NCBI GenBank assembly: GCA_039630545.1
Contig: JBCNUU010000004.1
Location: 64,705 to 128,704, forward strand
DNA from: Endomicrobiia bacterium
GTDB lineage: Bacteria > Elusimicrobiota > Endomicrobiia > DTEH01
Direction of reading: 5' to 3'
DNA length: 64,000 nucleotides
The number at the start of each line of letters is the position of its first letter. Positions within the stretch are counted from its first letter, which is position 1. The translations under genes and the position numbers were made by a program. The notes under the pieces are model-generated. The model was not told where the DNA came from, ran no database searches, and saw only the letters and a list, made by a program, of their open reading frames with translations. Of the stretch, positions 9,585-19,953 are shown piece by piece.

Positions 9585-10429
9585 ATTTGTTCTCCTTTTT
9601 GGTTAGAATTTTCGTTTATAATTTTATATATTTCTATACATTTTTCAAGAATTCCTTCTAAATATTCTAGTTTAAGCATACTGGAAGCATCGCATAATGC
9701 TTCCTGAGGACAAGGATGTGTTTCTATAAACAATCCATTTGCACCTGCTGCAATTGAAGCATAACAATAAGTAGATATAAACTGTGGTTGTCCTCCTGAT
9801 GCTTCTTTTGAAGTAGGTCCAGGAATTCTAACTATATGTGTAACATCTACTATCACAGGATATCCAATTTGCTGCATAATGGGAATACTTCTTAAATCAA
9901 AAATCATATTGTTGTACCCGAAAATACTTCCCCTTTCGGTCAACAAAATTCTATCATTATCAGTAGACAGTACTTTTGACACAACTTTTTTCATATCCCA
10001 TGGTGCTAAAAATTGACCTTTTTTGAGATTTATAACTTTTTGTGTTTTTGCTGCTTCTACCACAATATCTGTTTGCATACAAAGAAAAGCTGGAATCTGT
10101 ATCACATCCAGAACTTCTTTAACATAGGGAATTTCTGTTTTACAGTGCACATCAGATAACACAGGAACTTCTATTTCTTTTTTAACTTTTTCTAAAATTC
10201 TAAGCCCTTCTTTCAAACCCGGGCCACGATAACTATCCACTGACGATCTATTAGACTTATCATAGGAAGCTTTAAAAATATAAGAAATTTTAAACTTCTC
10301 TGTAATTTTTTTTATTTCCTCAGCTATTTTTAAAGTCATCTTCTCTGTCTCTATTACACAAGGACCAGCTATAAGCAATAATGGACAATTTTTTCCTACT
10401 TTTATATTACCAATTTCAACTGTTTTCAT
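9575..10429 (-). CDS. kdsA: KDO-8-phosphate synthase, metal-dependent type, with variant motifs
   Basis: AGPCVIE, KASYDKSNRSS, KKGQFLAP, ERG, ETHP. Confidence 0.88.
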   Translation of the reverse strand: MKTVEIGNIKVGKNCPLLLIAGPCVIETEKMTLKIAEEIKKITEKFKISYIFKASYDKSNRSSVDSYRGPGLKEGLRILEKVKKEIEVPVLSDVHCKTEIPYVKEVLDVIQIPAFLCMQTDIVVEAAKTQKVINLKKGQFLAPWDMKKVVSKVLSTDNDRILLTERGSIFGYNNMIFDLRSIPIMQQIGYPVIVDVTHIVRIPGPTSKEASGGQPQFISTYCYASIAAGANGLFIETHPCPQEALCDASSMLKLEYLEGILEKCIEIYKIINENSNQKGEQIWE

Positions 10430-11235
10430 ATTGTATTTTTAAAAATTTTTCTAATTTTCTTTAAATCTTCAGGTGTATCTACAGGAAATGGATTTTCATT
10501 GACTAATACTGTTTTAATTTTATATCCATATTCAAGTATTCTTAGTTGTTCTAACTTTTCTAACATTTCTAGTTTGCCAACAGGCATATCCAAAAACTTA
10601 AATAAAAAATTTCTTTTGAATCCATAAACTCCTATATGCCTATAAAATCTATAATTTTTTAATAAATCTTGTTTTATATCCAAATAAAACTTTAAGTTGT
10701 CTGTTTTAAATTTATCTCTTATAAACGGTATTACAGATCTACTAAAATATAAAGCATATCCTTTTTTATCTGTAACCACTTTCACAAAGTTGATATTAAA
10801 CAACTCACTAAAATAAGAGATTCTGCATATTGGAGTCACAACATTTAGTTTTGGTTCCTTTTTAAATTCCAGTATGATTTTTTTTAAAATCTCAGGGCTA
10901 ATCATCGGTTCATCACCTTGGACATTTAATACTATATTACACGGAATCCTTCTTGCCACTTCGGCAACTCTATCAGACCCACTTTTATGATGTCTGGAAG
11001 TCATCATCACCTCTCCACCAAAATTTTTTACTATATCATATATCCTTTTATCGTCTGTAGCTACTACAACCTTATCTATTAGTTCACATTTTTTAACATT
11101 TTCATAGACCCATTGAATCATTGGTTTGCCTTCTATTAAAGCCAGAGGCTTGCCAGGTAATCTTTTTGAATTATATCTTGCCGGTATAACTGCTAAAACT
11201 TTAACAAACTTTCTATTATTGTTTTTTTTGTTCAT
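10426..11235 (-). CDS. kdsB: CMP-KDO synthetase
   Basis: IPARYNSKRLPGKPL, SGSDR, NVQGDEP, EKLEQLR. Confidence 0.93.
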   Translation of the reverse strand: MNKKNNNRKFVKVLAVIPARYNSKRLPGKPLALIEGKPMIQWVYENVKKCELIDKVVVATDDKRIYDIVKNFGGEVMMTSRHHKSGSDRVAEVARRIPCNIVLNVQGDEPMISPEILKKIILEFKKEPKLNVVTPICRISYFSELFNINFVKVVTDKKGYALYFSRSVIPFIRDKFKTDNLKFYLDIKQDLLKNYRFYRHIGVYGFKRNFLFKFLDMPVGKLEMLEKLEQLRILEYGYKIKTVLVNENPFPVDTPEDLKKIRKIFKNTI

Positions 11236-12263
11236 TTTTTAAATATTCTTAATATATCACTATATGTAGCAAACATTAATAAAAATAACAAAAAAGTTAA
11301 CCCGATCAAATTAGATACCTCAAACAACTTTTTGGATGGAAGCTTTCTCGTAATTGCTTCAAAAATACAAAACATTATATGACCTCCATCAAGAATAGGA
11401 ACAGGGAATAAATTAAATAAAGCAAGCATAGAAGAAATAACTCCTACTGTATATAGAAAATTTTCAAAACCACTCTTTGCAGCTTTAGATAAAACTTCAA
11501 CTATTCCAATAGGACCTGCTATTTCTGGCTTTTGAAGTTTAATTATTTTTTCTAAAAGATATCTTAATGAAAATACACTTAAAATTACAGGTTGAGTTAT
11601 CGCTGTTTTTAAGGAACCTATTAAATTAAGTCTTTCTTTTTTATATCCTGGAACAATACCAATTATGCCACGTTGACTTGCAGGATCTTCTGTTGGAATT
11701 ATTTCAAAATAAAGTGTAGTGTTTTCTCTTAATACTTCTAAATAAATTTTTTTATTAGCTGAATTGTGAATTTTTTGAGCCATTTCTTCCCAGGAATTTA
11801 CTGGTACATTATCTATCTTTAGAATTCTGTCATTTCGTTTTAACCCTACTAAATGCGCTGGTTTTCCTTCAATAACATTTCCTATTACAGGTTCATTTGA
11901 AATTACAGTTAAACCAAAAAAATACAGCAGAATAAAAAAAATAATCACAGCTAACACATAATTCATCAAAGGACCCATAATCACAACTAACATTCTCTGA
12001 TACCATTTTTTCCCAAAAAAACTATCGGCTTCTGTATCCAGTTCTTCTATATTCTCCCCTTTAAGTTTTACAGCGCCACCAATTGGTAGTAAAGATATAG
12101 AGTATCTTGTCCCGCCTATAGTTTTACCAATAATTTCTTTTCCCAAGCCAAAACTAAACTCCAATATCTTTATTTTCAAAATTTTGGCCATTAAAAAGTG
12201 TCCAAATTCATGAAAAAAAATCAATAATCCAAAAGCAAAAATTATAAGTATTGCTATTAACAT
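11232..12263 (-). CDS. rseP: RIP metalloprotease RseP
   Basis: HEFGH, PDZ domain, NLFPVPILDGGH. Confidence 0.92.
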   Translation of the reverse strand: MLIAILIIFAFGLLIFFHEFGHFLMAKILKIKILEFSFGLGKEIIGKTIGGTRYSISLLPIGGAVKLKGENIEELDTEADSFFGKKWYQRMLVVIMGPLMNYVLAVIIFFILLYFFGLTVISNEPVIGNVIEGKPAHLVGLKRNDRILKIDNVPVNSWEEMAQKIHNSANKKIYLEVLRENTTLYFEIIPTEDPASQRGIIGIVPGYKKERLNLIGSLKTAITQPVILSVFSLRYLLEKIIKLQKPEIAGPIGIVEVLSKAAKSGFENFLYTVGVISSMLALFNLFPVPILDGGHIMFCIFEAITRKLPSKKLFEVSNLIGLTFLLFLLMFATYSDILRIFKK

Positions 12264-12267
12264 TTTA

Positions 12268-13407
12268 TTAATTCCTTTCTTTTAAAAAATTATTATTAAT
12301 ATAATCTTTTGTATATTTATCTAAATGAAAAATTTCATCTAAAGATGAAATTTCAAAAGGCTCATGTTTTTCTATTACCTTCTTTAATATTCTATAAATA
12401 TCTTCAAATTTAATTTTTCTGTTCAAAAATTTCTCAACCAGTAACTCATTTGCAGCATTAAAAACGACAAGATAACTCTGTTTTTCTTTTTTAGATATAT
12501 CTAAAATTAGTTTTAACAGGGGAAATTTTTTATAATCTATATTGTAAAATTTTATTTTATTTAAGTCTTTAGTTGAAAGATTTTTAAAAGACCCATTAAT
12601 TCTTTTCCCTATACACATACCTAAAGCATAAGAAATTGGAATTCTCATGTCAGGATAAAAAAGCACAGCCTTGATATTTCCATCTATAAATTCTACCATT
12701 GAATGAATTAAAGATTGAGGATGAATCACTATATCTATATTTTGATAGGGCACATCAAACAAAAAATGTGCTTCTATGTATTCAAAACCTTTATTAACTA
12801 AGGTAGCTGAATCTACAGAAATTTTTTTACCCATCTTCCAGACAGGATGAGTTATAATTTTTTCTGGTGTTTTATTTTTAATTTTTTTTCTAAATAGAGG
12901 TCCTCCTGAAGCAGTTAAAATTATCTTTTTTATACTTTCTTTTTTTTCATTGTTTAAACATTGCAAGATTGCAACATGTTCACTATCTACAGGCACAAGG
13001 AATATATTGTTTTTTCTCACTTCTCTCATTAAAATATCACCAGCTACTACTAAAGTTTCTTTATTCGCTAAAGCTATATTTTTTATTTTCTTTCTAATAG
13101 CAAAAAAAGTAGGCTTAAGTCCACCTATTCCAACTATAGCATTCACTAATATATCAGGATTTGTCTTATCTATTAACTCTAAAAGTCCTTCTTCTCCCCA
13201 AAAAATTTTTTTTCCAAAAAATTTTTTTCTACTTTTATCTACTATGCAAACATATGGAACTTTGAACTCTTTTGCTTGTAGCTGTAATAACTCTACATTA
13301 CTTTTTGAAGCTAACCCTACTACCTCAAATTGATCTCTATTTGCCGAAATTACATCTAATACACTTCTACCAATCGAACCAGAAGAACCTAAAATTAAAA
13401 CTTTCAT
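12268..13407 (-). CDS. dxr: 1-deoxy-D-xylulose 5-phosphate reductoisomerase
   Basis: LGSSGSIG, LANKE, PVDSEH, TASGGP, HPVWKMGKKISVDSAT. Confidence 0.95.
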   Translation of the reverse strand: MKVLILGSSGSIGRSVLDVISANRDQFEVVGLASKSNVELLQLQAKEFKVPYVCIVDKSRKKFFGKKIFWGEEGLLELIDKTNPDILVNAIVGIGGLKPTFFAIRKKIKNIALANKETLVVAGDILMREVRKNNIFLVPVDSEHVAILQCLNNEKKESIKKIILTASGGPLFRKKIKNKTPEKIITHPVWKMGKKISVDSATLVNKGFEYIEAHFLFDVPYQNIDIVIHPQSLIHSMVEFIDGNIKAVLFYPDMRIPISYALGMCIGKRINGSFKNLSTKDLNKIKFYNIDYKKFPLLKLILDISKKEKQSYLVVFNAANELLVEKFLNRKIKFEDIYRILKKVIEKHEPFEISSLDEIFHLDKYTKDYINNNFLKERN

Positions 13408-13409
13408 TT

Positions 13410-14234
13410 TTATTTTAAAAAAAACAGAATTAAGTAATAAAAAATTGGCCCTGTAAACAGAAAACTATCAAATCTATCCATCATACCACCATGTCCAAAT
13501 AATAAATTATCTGAATCTTTAAACCCACAATCTCTTTTTATAAGAGATTCAGTAAGATCAGACAAAGTGGCAAGGGGTGTAATTATTAAACTTAAAATTA
13601 TTAAATCTCTAAATTTAATAGTTGTATCTATTTGAAAAATTCTGCTAAAAAATAAAAAAGCTAATATCCCAGAAATAATACTACTTGTAAATCCAACAAC
13701 AGTTTTTTTAGGACTTATTATTGAAGCTAACTTTCTTCTACCAAATAATGAACCAAAAAAATAAGCTGAGTTATCTGCTATCCATATAGTGAAAAATAAA
13801 ATATATGTTAATTTCATACCATAATTTTTAATATCCCTTATAAGATAAAGATGGGCTAAACTCCAGGCAAACAAAAATGGAAACAAAAACCCAACACTTA
13901 TCCTTCCAACAGCTCCTAGAGGTTTTTGTTTTAAAATTTCTAAAAAACATATCAAAATTAATATCAAAGTAATATTTGCTGAGGTGAAATATAAAGAAAA
14001 CTTAGTAAAAACAATAGGTTCAAATATTATAGACAAAAATATAATTATGCCTACAAAAAATATAACAATCTTTGAAACTTGGTAACCTACTTTATTTACC
14101 ATATAAGTAAATTCTTTCAAGATGTAAAATAAAATAACTAATAATAAAAATAAAAATAAAAAATTTCCATAATAAATACTAATAACTACTATTGGAATTC
14201 CAAAAATTCCGGTTAATATTCTGGGTAATAACAT
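13410..14234 (-). CDS. cdsA: Phosphatidate cytidylyltransferase
   Basis: ISPKKT, DLTESLIKR..GFKDS...GHGGMMDRFDS. Confidence 0.93.
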   Translation of the reverse strand: MLLPRILTGIFGIPIVVISIYYGNFLFLFLLLVILFYILKEFTYMVNKVGYQVSKIVIFFVGIIIFLSIIFEPIVFTKFSLYFTSANITLILILICFLEILKQKPLGAVGRISVGFLFPFLFAWSLAHLYLIRDIKNYGMKLTYILFFTIWIADNSAYFFGSLFGRRKLASIISPKKTVVGFTSSIISGILAFLFFSRIFQIDTTIKFRDLIILSLIITPLATLSDLTESLIKRDCGFKDSDNLLFGHGGMMDRFDSFLFTGPIFYYLILFFLK

Positions 14235-14256
14235 ATTTATTTAATTATGTAATCAC

Positions 14257-14976
14257 TTAAGAACTTGTTATTTTACCAAATCTTCTTTCTCTACTTTGAA
14301 ATTCTTTTATTGCTAAAACAAATTCTTTAGGTGTAAAATCAGGCCAAAGTGTTTCTGTGAAATAAAGCTCAGTATATGCTATCTGCCATAACATAAAATT
14401 TGAAATTCTTAACTCTCCTGAAGTGCGAATTAAAAAATCAAGTGGCGGCAAATCTTTGGTATATAAAAATTTCTCAAATTTCTCTTCATCAATTTTTGTC
14501 ATACCAGACTTTAAAATTTTATTCACAGCACGAATAATTTCTGAACGTCCACTGTAATTGATACATAAATTAAGTATCAAACCCGTATTATTTTTAAGCT
14601 GATTTACCAAAGTTTCTAACATTTTTTTTGTTTTATCTTCAAGCTGAGAAATATCTCCACTGACTACTAACTTTATATTATTTTTGATTAAGTTTTTTTT
14701 TTCTCTTATTATATAATATTTCAATAAATTAAATAAACCTTCAACTTCCTGCTTTGGCCGCTGCCAATTTTCTGTGGAAAAAGCAAAAAGTGATAAACAT
14801 TTTATCCCTAACTTCGCTGAGGTTTCAATTATTGATTTTACTACTTTTGCACCAGCTTTGTGCCCAAAAATCCTAGGTAATCCTCTTTTTTGAGCCCATC
14901 GTCCATTTCCATCCATTATGATACCTACATGTTTAGGAATCTTTTTTTCGTCTAGTTCTATATTCAAAAATTTCAT
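14257..14976 (-). CDS. uppS: Undecaprenyl diphosphate synthase
   Basis: IMDGNGRWA, AFSTENW, IRTSGELRISNF, RRFG. Confidence 0.95.
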   Translation of the reverse strand: MKFLNIELDEKKIPKHVGIIMDGNGRWAQKRGLPRIFGHKAGAKVVKSIIETSAKLGIKCLSLFAFSTENWQRPKQEVEGLFNLLKYYIIREKKNLIKNNIKLVVSGDISQLEDKTKKMLETLVNQLKNNTGLILNLCINYSGRSEIIRAVNKILKSGMTKIDEEKFEKFLYTKDLPPLDFLIRTSGELRISNFMLWQIAYTELYFTETLWPDFTPKEFVLAIKEFQSRERRFGKITSS

Positions 14977-14981
14977 TACAG

Positions 14982-15551
14982 TTAATTCTCCAGAATCTCT
15001 TTTGTTTTTTGCTTTAATAATTCATCTATCTTGCTTATATATGCCTCTGTAATTTTTTGGATTTGTTGTTCTGCTTGTCTTTCTTCATCTTCGGAAATTT
15101 TCTTATCTTTTTTTAGTTGACGAAGAGATTCTATGGCTGTTCTTCTTTCATTTCTTATTGCAACTCGAAAGTCCTCAGCCAACTTATTTACCTGTCGGAT
15201 TAATTCCTGGCGCCTTTCATCGGTAAGAGCAGGAACCGTAATCTTTATGGCTTTTCCATCATTAATAGGAGTAAGTCCTAGTGGCGAATTTAAAATAGCC
15301 TTTTCTATACTTACTAAATTTTTATTGTCCCACGGTCTTATTTCTATAATTTTTCCGTCTATTACATTAATATTACCAATTTGATTTAATTTCATCTTAG
15401 TACCATAACATTCTACTTCTATGTTCTCCACCAAACTTATAGATGCTCTACCTGTCCTTATACTTAAAAATTCACTTTTGCATTTTTCTACTGTTTTTTT
15501 CATTAAATCTTCTGTTTTAGCAAAAATTTCTTTTATCATATAAAATTCCAA
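14982..15551 (-). CDS. frr: Ribosome recycling factor (start may be ATG 15539)
   Basis: IRTGRAS, PINDG, LTDERR, IRNERR; synteny. Confidence 0.95.
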   Translation of the reverse strand: MEFYMIKEIFAKTEDLMKKTVEKCKSEFLSIRTGRASISLVENIEVECYGTKMKLNQIGNINVIDGKIIEIRPWDNKNLVSIEKAILNSPLGLTPINDGKAIKITVPALTDERRQELIRQVNKLAEDFRVAIRNERRTAIESLRQLKKDKKISEDEERQAEQQIQKITEAYISKIDELLKQKTKEILEN

Positions 15552-15567
15552 CCTCCATCAATAAAAA

Positions 15568-16269
15568 TTAAATAATGGTGGTCCCAACTTCTTCACCTTT
15601 TATAGCTCTTAAAAGATTCCCTTTTTTATACAAATTAAAAACTTTTACTGGTAGATTATTTTCCATACATAACGAAAATGCAGTTGTATCCATTATTTTT
15701 AAACCCTTATTAATAGCTTCTATAAATGTAAGTTTTTTGTATCTTTTAGCTTTTGGATTCTTTTTAGGATCATCGTCATAAACTCCATCTACTTGTGTTG
15801 CTTTTAATAATACTTCAGCATTTATCTCTATAGCCCTTAAAGCTGCTGTAGTATCTGTGGTAAAATAAGGATTACCAGTCCCTGCAGCAAAAATCACAAT
15901 CCTTCCTTTCTCAAGATGACGAATAGCTCTTCTTCTTATATATGGTTCTGCTATTTTAGGCATCTCAATTGCTGACATTACCCTTGTGTGAAGCCCTATA
16001 GATTCTAATACTGATTGTAGTGCTAATGCATTTATTACTGTAGCCAACATTCCCATATAATCTGCTGTAGTACGTTCTATAAAACTTACATTTTTCCCTC
16101 TTAAAATATTACCAGCACCTACTACTATCCCAAGCTGGACTTTATACTTTTCTACTGCTGTTTTTATTTCATCTGCAAGTTCATTTAAAGAAGTTTCTGA
16201 AATACCAAAATTAGAAGACTTTTCACCAATACTTTCACCTGAAATTTTGAGCATTATTCTTCTATACAT
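15568..16269 (-). CDS. pyrH: UMP kinase
   Basis: LKISGE, ADYMGMLAT, GTGNPYFTTD. Confidence 0.96.
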   Translation of the reverse strand: MYRRIMLKISGESIGEKSSNFGISETSLNELADEIKTAVEKYKVQLGIVVGAGNILRGKNVSFIERTTADYMGMLATVINALALQSVLESIGLHTRVMSAIEMPKIAEPYIRRRAIRHLEKGRIVIFAAGTGNPYFTTDTTAALRAIEINAEVLLKATQVDGVYDDDPKKNPKAKRYKKLTFIEAINKGLKIMDTTAFSLCMENNLPVKVFNLYKKGNLLRAIKGEEVGTTII

Positions 16270-16317
16270 AAAATCTCTCCTCTTTTAAAAAGATTTACTT
16301 CATTGACAAGAACTAAA

Positions 16318-16352
16318 AGGAAAGAAATTATGGTTATCTTCTACCATTATTT
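16318..16352 (-). terminator. Possible weak intrinsic terminator after tsf
   Basis: Minus strand AAATAATGGT-loop-ACCATAATTT followed by a U-rich run; the stem is AT-rich and has one mismatch. Confidence 0.25.
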
Positions 16353-16988
16353 TTAATTTAATTCTTCACCTAATACATATCTAACAAATCTACGAATGGT
16401 AATGTTTTCTTGAAGTTTTGATATTGTTTGAAGTAATAAATCTTTTACTTTTTGTTTTCCCTGAGGATCTCTAATATAAGGTTGTTCTAAAAGACATGTT
16501 TCCTCATAAAACTTTGTCAGTTTTCCCTCAATAACTTTCTCTAATACACTCTCAGGTTTATCTTTATATTTTTCTTCAGTAAGTAGTTGTTTTTTATATA
16601 TCTCTTTTTCCCTTTCTAATACCTCTTGTGGAACATCTTCTTTTTTAATCCACTTAGGGCCACAAGCAGCAATTTGCATACAGATTTCTTTAGCTAAGTT
16701 TCTGAATTCTTCAGTTCTAGCAACAAAATCAGTCTCACAATTTATTTCAAGCATTACACCTATTCTATCACCAGGATGAATATAGGATATAATAATTCCA
16801 TTATTTCCTGGTTTACTTGCAGACTTTGATAATGCTTTAACTATCCCTCGTTCTCTTAATAGAGTTATTGCTTTTTCTATATCATAGTTTGTTTCTTCTA
16901 AAACCTTTTTACAATCTAAAATTCCTGCTCCTGTAGCGCTCCTCAGTTTCTGCAGAAGTTTAATTTGTTCTACATTATTACTTGCCAT
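16353..16988 (-). CDS. tsf: Elongation factor Ts (short form)
   Basis: TGAGILDCKK, EINCETDFVA, RRFVRY. Confidence 0.95.
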   Translation of the reverse strand: MASNNVEQIKLLQKLRSATGAGILDCKKVLEETNYDIEKAITLLRERGIVKALSKSASKPGNNGIIISYIHPGDRIGVMLEINCETDFVARTEEFRNLAKEICMQIAACGPKWIKKEDVPQEVLEREKEIYKKQLLTEEKYKDKPESVLEKVIEGKLTKFYEETCLLEQPYIRDPQGKQKVKDLLLQTISKLQENITIRRFVRYVLGEELN

Positions 16989-16990
16989 AT

Positions 16991-17782
16991 CTATCCTCCC
17001 TGAATATCTTCTTTTGATAAATCAATTTCTTTAGAAATTTCTTCTTCTGATAATGGCTCAGATACAGGTATCTCTTCAGCTGATGTAGTCTGCTGTAATA
17101 GTTTTTTATTGCCTTCAATTACTGCATCTGCTATAGTAGAACATACAAGTTTAATTGACCTTATTGCGTCGTCGTTTGCAGGAATAGGATACTCTATTAA
17201 ATCGGGATCAGCATCTGTATCACATATTCCAACAATTGGTATTTTCATTCTTTTTGCTTCCTTTACAGCAATTTGTTCATATACAACATCCACAATAAAA
17301 ACTATATCAGGAAGTTTTTCCATGTTTCTTATACCTTCTAACATTTTTTGTAATTTTAACATCTTTTTTAGCATCATCTTTGCTTCTTTCTTTTTTAACT
17401 TTTCAAACAATCCCTCTTTCTGCATCTTTTCAAGTTCTTCTAATTTCTTAACGGATTTTCTAATAGTTTCAAAATTTGTCAATATGCCTGGAAGCCATTT
17501 GTAATTTACAAAATAAGCACCACATCTTTCTGCCTCCTGCTTTAGAGTCTGTTGCGCTTGGGGCTTCGTACCTACAAAGAGTATTTTTTTTCCTTCAGCA
17601 ATTGAGTCTTTCACAAAACTATAGGCTCTTCTTATTTCCCTTACAGTTTTTTGTAAGTCAAGAATATGAATTTTGTTTCTTGCACCAAAAATATATGGTT
17701 TCATTTTGGGATTCCACTTCCTTGTTTGATGCCCAAAATGAACACCTGCTTCCAATAATGTTTTTAAAGTAACATTTACCAT
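16991..17782 (-). CDS. rpsB: 30S ribosomal protein S2
   Basis: LLEAGVHFGH, WNPKM, PANDDA. Confidence 0.97.
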   Translation of the reverse strand: MVNVTLKTLLEAGVHFGHQTRKWNPKMKPYIFGARNKIHILDLQKTVREIRRAYSFVKDSIAEGKKILFVGTKPQAQQTLKQEAERCGAYFVNYKWLPGILTNFETIRKSVKKLEELEKMQKEGLFEKLKKKEAKMMLKKMLKLQKMLEGIRNMEKLPDIVFIVDVVYEQIAVKEAKRMKIPIVGICDTDADPDLIEYPIPANDDAIRSIKLVCSTIADAVIEGNKKLLQQTTSAEEIPVSEPLSEEEISKEIDLSKEDIQGG

Positions 17783-17842
17783 TTTTTTCTCCTTTTGTAA
17801 AAAATATTAAAAATATTATAAATTTAAGTATAAAATTATAAA

Positions 17843-18688
17843 CTACTTTTCAATAGTTAGTTGAAATTTTTCAATTTCTTTTTTCTTTTCAAGGGGAAAT
17901 TTTGAATCAATACTTTTGGTTGGACATTTTAGTTTGCAAACTCCACAGTTATTACAATTTGTATATTTCATTATAGCTAAATTTTCTTCTAAATATATAT
18001 CAGAAACAGGACATGATTTTACGCATATCCCGCAACCTATACATCCAACAGAACAAATCTGTCTTACTACTATACCCTTGTCTTTTGAACTACAAAGTAT
18101 GTGAACATAATAATTGCATGGTACTAATTTTATTAGCTTATTAGGACAAACCCTCACACATAATCCACATCCAGTGCATTTAAGAGGATCAACCTCTGCT
18201 ACATTGTTTTTAATAAAAATAGCATCAAAAGGACATACTTCTACACAATCCCCAAAACCTAAACATCCATATTTACACATTTTTTGACCATCAAAATACT
18301 TATCAGCTATATCACATCTTTTAATTCCTTTATATATAAATTCATCCTTTGCGAAATTTCCTCCTTTGCATAGAACTACAGCTACTGTCCTTTGAAGATT
18401 TTCAACTTCTTTACCTAAAATATTTGCTATTTTTTTGCTCACATCAGGACCACCCGGTTTACATAAAGTGATCTCTACGCTATCTTTCAAGATTGCCTCA
18501 GCATATTGTTCACATCCTGGATAACCACAAGCACCACAGTTAACACCAGGAAGGACTAAAACTATCTGTTCTTTTAGAGGATCTTCTTCAACTTTAAACT
18601 TTTTTGCAGCAACACTAAGTAGCATACCTATAACTACACTTGTGGTTCCCATTACTAATAAAGATTGTATTATAATAGATTCATTCAT
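17843..18688 (-). CDS. rnfB: Rnf complex subunit B (polyferredoxin)
   Basis: N-terminal TM, LPGVNCGACGYPGC, several CxxCxxCxxxCP motifs. Confidence 0.93.
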   Translation of the reverse strand: MNESIIIQSLLVMGTTSVVIGMLLSVAAKKFKVEEDPLKEQIVLVLPGVNCGACGYPGCEQYAEAILKDSVEITLCKPGGPDVSKKIANILGKEVENLQRTVAVVLCKGGNFAKDEFIYKGIKRCDIADKYFDGQKMCKYGCLGFGDCVEVCPFDAIFIKNNVAEVDPLKCTGCGLCVRVCPNKLIKLVPCNYYVHILCSSKDKGIVVRQICSVGCIGCGICVKSCPVSDIYLEENLAIMKYTNCNNCGVCKLKCPTKSIDSKFPLEKKKEIEKFQLTIEK

Positions 18689-18691
18689 AAC

Positions 18692-19279
18692 CTAAAACCC
18701 AAATAATCCTATTAAACCCATAAATGACAAAGACATCAAAGCTGAAGTAACAAAAACTATACCGTAACCTTTTGCTGCATTAGGTAAAGGTGCTAATTCT
18801 ATTCTTTCTCTTATTGATGAAAAAAGAATAATTGCTAAAGTATAACCTATTGCTGTACCAGAAGAAAAAACAATTGTTTGAAGAAGTGAATACTGATAAT
18901 CTACCACAAGAAAAGCCACAGCTAATATAGCACAATTAGTAGTAATCAATGGTAAATATATCCCCAGAGCTTTAAATAAACCTGGTAAAAACTTTTTCAT
19001 AAATAATTCTACAAGTTGAACAAGTGAAGAAATTATCAATATGAAAACAATTATTTTCAAAAATTCAAGATTTAATGGTAACAACACAAAATAATAAAGA
19101 AACCACGAAACAACAGCTGCTAGATTCATAACAAAAAACACTGCAGCCGACATTCCTAGTGCAGAAGACAATTTATTTGAAACACCAAAAAATGAACATA
19201 ATCCTAAAAATTTCATTAAAATTATATTATTTACAAAGATAGATGAAATAAAAATTCCTAATAGAGAAATATTATTCAT
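18692..19279 (-). CDS. rnfA: Rnf complex subunit A
   Basis: FLGLC, GIYLPLITTNCA. Confidence 0.93.
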   Translation of the reverse strand: MNNISLLGIFISSIFVNNIILMKFLGLCSFFGVSNKLSSALGMSAAVFFVMNLAAVVSWFLYYFVLLPLNLEFLKIIVFILIISSLVQLVELFMKKFLPGLFKALGIYLPLITTNCAILAVAFLVVDYQYSLLQTIVFSSGTAIGYTLAIILFSSIRERIELAPLPNAAKGYGIVFVTSALMSLSFMGLIGLFGF

Positions 19280-19953
19280 TTGTTCTTAAGAAACTCCATA
19301 CATGTGGATTTTAAGCTACAACCTTCACATGATGAAGGAAGGTTACTTATAATTTTTGTTTTTTTAATTAACTTGTTTTCTATATACTTTGTAATAGTAA
19401 TTACCACACCTGCAGCTAAAAATCCTCCTGGTGGTAAAACCATTATAACTGCTGGATAAGAAAACAATTCTTTTGAACCAAAAATTGTTCCTGAACCTAA
19501 AAGTTCTCTTATTATTCCTAAAATGACTATTGCTAAAAAAAAGCCTCCACCCATACTAATACCATCTACAAATGAATAAAAAATGTTATTCTTAGAGGCA
19601 AAAGCTTCAGCTCTTGCTAAAATTATACAATTAACCACTATTAATGGAATAAAAACGCCTAAACTTTCTGAAAGAGTAGGAAAGTAGGCTTTTATTGTAT
19701 AATCAACTATGGTGGTAAATGTAGCTATTACTACTATAAAAATAGGTATTCTAATATTATGCGGGATTATCCTCCTTATAAGTGAAATCAAAATATTCGA
19801 ACAAGTAAGAACAAATGTAGCTGCTAACCCCATACCTACAGCATCATTAGCTGTAGTTGAACATGCTAAAAAGGGACAAAGTCCTATCATCATTATAAGA
19901 ACAGGATTTTCTTTTAGAATACCTCTTAGTATTATTTCAAAAATTTTTCTCAT
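19276..19953 (-). CDS. rnfE: Rnf complex subunit E
   Basis: ENP..GLCPFLA, FIPLIVVNCIILARAEAFA, LPPGGF. Confidence 0.93.
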   Translation of the reverse strand: MRKIFEIILRGILKENPVLIMMIGLCPFLACSTTANDAVGMGLAATFVLTCSNILISLIRRIIPHNIRIPIFIVVIATFTTIVDYTIKAYFPTLSESLGVFIPLIVVNCIILARAEAFASKNNIFYSFVDGISMGGGFFLAIVILGIIRELLGSGTIFGSKELFSYPAVIMVLPPGGFLAAGVVITITKYIENKLIKKTKIISNLPSSCEGCSLKSTCMEFLKNK

